The notes under the pieces are model-generated. The model had not been told where the DNA came from. It saw nothing but the letters and a program-made list of their open reading frames with translations, and made no database searches. From Laetmonice hystrix (taxonomy: Eukaryota), in NCBI GenBank assembly GCA_965235115.1, contig OZ249442.1, positions 6,448,001 through 6,512,000 of the forward strand: a stretch of DNA of 64,000 nt. Direction: 5' to 3'. Of the stretch, positions 62,300 to 64,000 are shown piece after piece. Position 1 is the first letter of the stretch, and each line of letters starts with the position of its first letter. The position numbers and the translations under genes are program-made.

Positions 62300-63293
62300 G
62301 AAGAAACACTCGATGAACTCCAAGAAAGAGATCGAAGATTCCATTGGTTACAACCAGTTCGTCAATGACACCACACAGGATCTGGACTCGTTCGCCTCGC
62401 CCGACACCGTGTGCAAATACTGCGGCGAGGACTTCAAGTTCTTCCGCGTCCTCAAACACCATCTGCGATCTCACAGCTCCTGTCGTCACAAGCCGTTCCT
62501 CTGTAAGATCTGCAACAACGGGTTCTCCACCAAGGCCAACTGTGTGCGTCACGTCCAGAAACAACACCCAGAGATCGACCAGCGCCACCTAGAGGATCAC
62601 ATCCACACTAATGAGTTACTGGTGGAGGCGGCGGCCGCCGAGGTGAAGATGTTGGAGGGTATGGACTTGGACCAGTCCTTCTCATCTGTTCTCAGCTCTA
62701 GTTCCGGCTCCTGCCAGCAGGGGGCCTACCCGCATGGTGCCTTGATGAAGATCTCGCCGATCTCGTCGGTGACCTCCCCCCGCATGACCCCGCCCCCCGT
62801 CACCCCCCCACCCTCGACCTCCCTGCAGACGGTACGGGCCACGACTGGCGGGTCCACGGGTGGTCGCATGCTCATGTCCACCCTGGCCTCCGCCTCGGGG
62901 ACCTACATTACTTCCCCACCCATCATCGCCTTGAAACGACCAACCTCCAACACCCAGGACGACCAGCCGCTTGACTTCAGCATGAAGAAATCAAACCGGC
63001 CGCCCACCGTCGTGGAGATCAAACCTGAGATTGAAGATGGCATTCCGTCAGTGAGCGGGGACGAACCCATGGATCTCAGCGTCCGTAAGGCCACTGGTTC
63101 CATGGTAGCTCACCAGGTGACAGCACCATCACTAGACGTCGCCACCCGTGCGCTCCCCCTGGTCGGCCAGTCTCCGGGAACCCCAGACTACGGCATGCTG
63201 CGATACAAGAAGGAATACCAAAAGTTCTATAACCCAACGGTCGGTAGACTCCAGTGCCCCTATTGCAAAATGCTTTTCAAGCATGGTTTGAAG
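62300..63293 (+). CDS. RREB1: RREB1-like exon: two fingers, Pro/Ser-rich region, two PxDLS-type motifs, start of another finger (phase 2 to 0); gene continues past the window
   Basis: GTCTGTTACAG| acceptor completes RKKH. CKYCGEDFKFFRVLKHHLRSH and CKICNNGFSTKANCVRHVQKQH; PLDFS and PMDLS (CtBP-binding type); LQCPYCKMLFKHGLK|GTATGC donor. Confidence 0.93.
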
Positions 63294-63741
63294 GTATGCT
63301 TTGGTTCCTTTGGTTGCAACTTTTTCTCCTTCTTATTTCATTTCCCACTCCTCTGTTTTCTTGATGTTATAGCTTAGTTTTTGTTTTTCTTTAAGTTCTC
63401 GTAGTCTTGCATGACAAAGATAGTCACAGAGTTGGTTTCCGACATTTCGTTCTGTTGCACTCGTAGGTTTTATCTGACGCTAACAGCATGCGTTGTGAGA
63501 CTTCTTCCCCACAATTATATTCCATCATTCAAACCTGCTGGAAAGACATATTTATCAGTCTTCCCGAGTCGCTCCGAGTTTTACAGATTGTATAGTGTTT
63601 ATATGATATATAATATAAACATGTGTATGTACTTCTCAATATATTTTAAAGAAGTAATCTTATAGTTTTTGATATGACCTTAAGTCTGTATTGACCGACA
63701 CTGTTCACGGTAGAGTAGAGAATTGAATCTATAGGCATAGG

Positions 63742-64000
63742 TAGGGAGTTGATGTAGGCCGACACCAGGGGGCGGTGTAGTACAAGGAGGGAGTTGATGT
63801 AGGCCGACACCAGGGGGGCGGTGTAGTACAGGAAGGGAGTTGATGTAGGCCGACACCAGGGGGCGGTGTAGTACAAGCAGGGAGTTGATGTAGGCCGACA
63901 CCAGGGGGGCGGTGTAGTACAGGAAGGGAGTTGATGTAGGCCGACACCAGGGGGCGGTGTAGTACAAGCAGGGAGTTGATGTAGGCCGACACCAGGGGGG
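63742..64000. repeat. Intronic minisatellite, ~45 bp unit, truncated by window edge
   Basis: GGGAGTTGATGTAGGCCGACACCAGGGGGCGGTGTAGTACAAGCA. Confidence 0.93.

Noticed and set aside
60713-62588. Antisense ORFs opposite RREB1 exons
   Set aside because: Shadow ORFs caused by the GC3-rich codon usage of the real exons.

Overview
This is eukaryotic (metazoan, probably invertebrate) genomic DNA, not a prokaryotic locus. (1) The only gene I can name is an RREB1/hindsight(pebbled)-family C2H2 zinc-finger transcription factor on the + strand. It has seven phase-consistent coding exons from 57167 to 63293, a probable extra 5' exon at 54977-55062, and continues beyond the window. (2) About 26-27 kb (roughly 40%, summed by hand from approximate boundaries) is more than 30 unrelated minisatellite arrays with 17-93 bp units. 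These explain most of the long ORFs in the supplied track. (3) At least eight non-autonomous DNA-transposon (MITE) insertions have readable TIRs and target-site duplications (hAT-, PIF/Harbinger-, Tc1/mariner- and piggyBac-type), including a three-level nest. (4) A candidate unidentified multi-exon gene lies on the - strand: four short exons at 19.6-24.9 kb with canonical splice sites and chaining phases, which the ORF track does not join. I found no clearly new biological system. The most interesting observations are a minisatellite built from a 5' splice site inside an RREB1 intron, different Harbinger MITEs hitting the same CCAG^GTCTGT target inside minisatellites, the nested MITE, a degenerate RREB1 finger and the hidden - strand exon chain. 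Repeat boundaries are approximate (about +/-10 bp). Family comparisons are from memory and were not database-checked.
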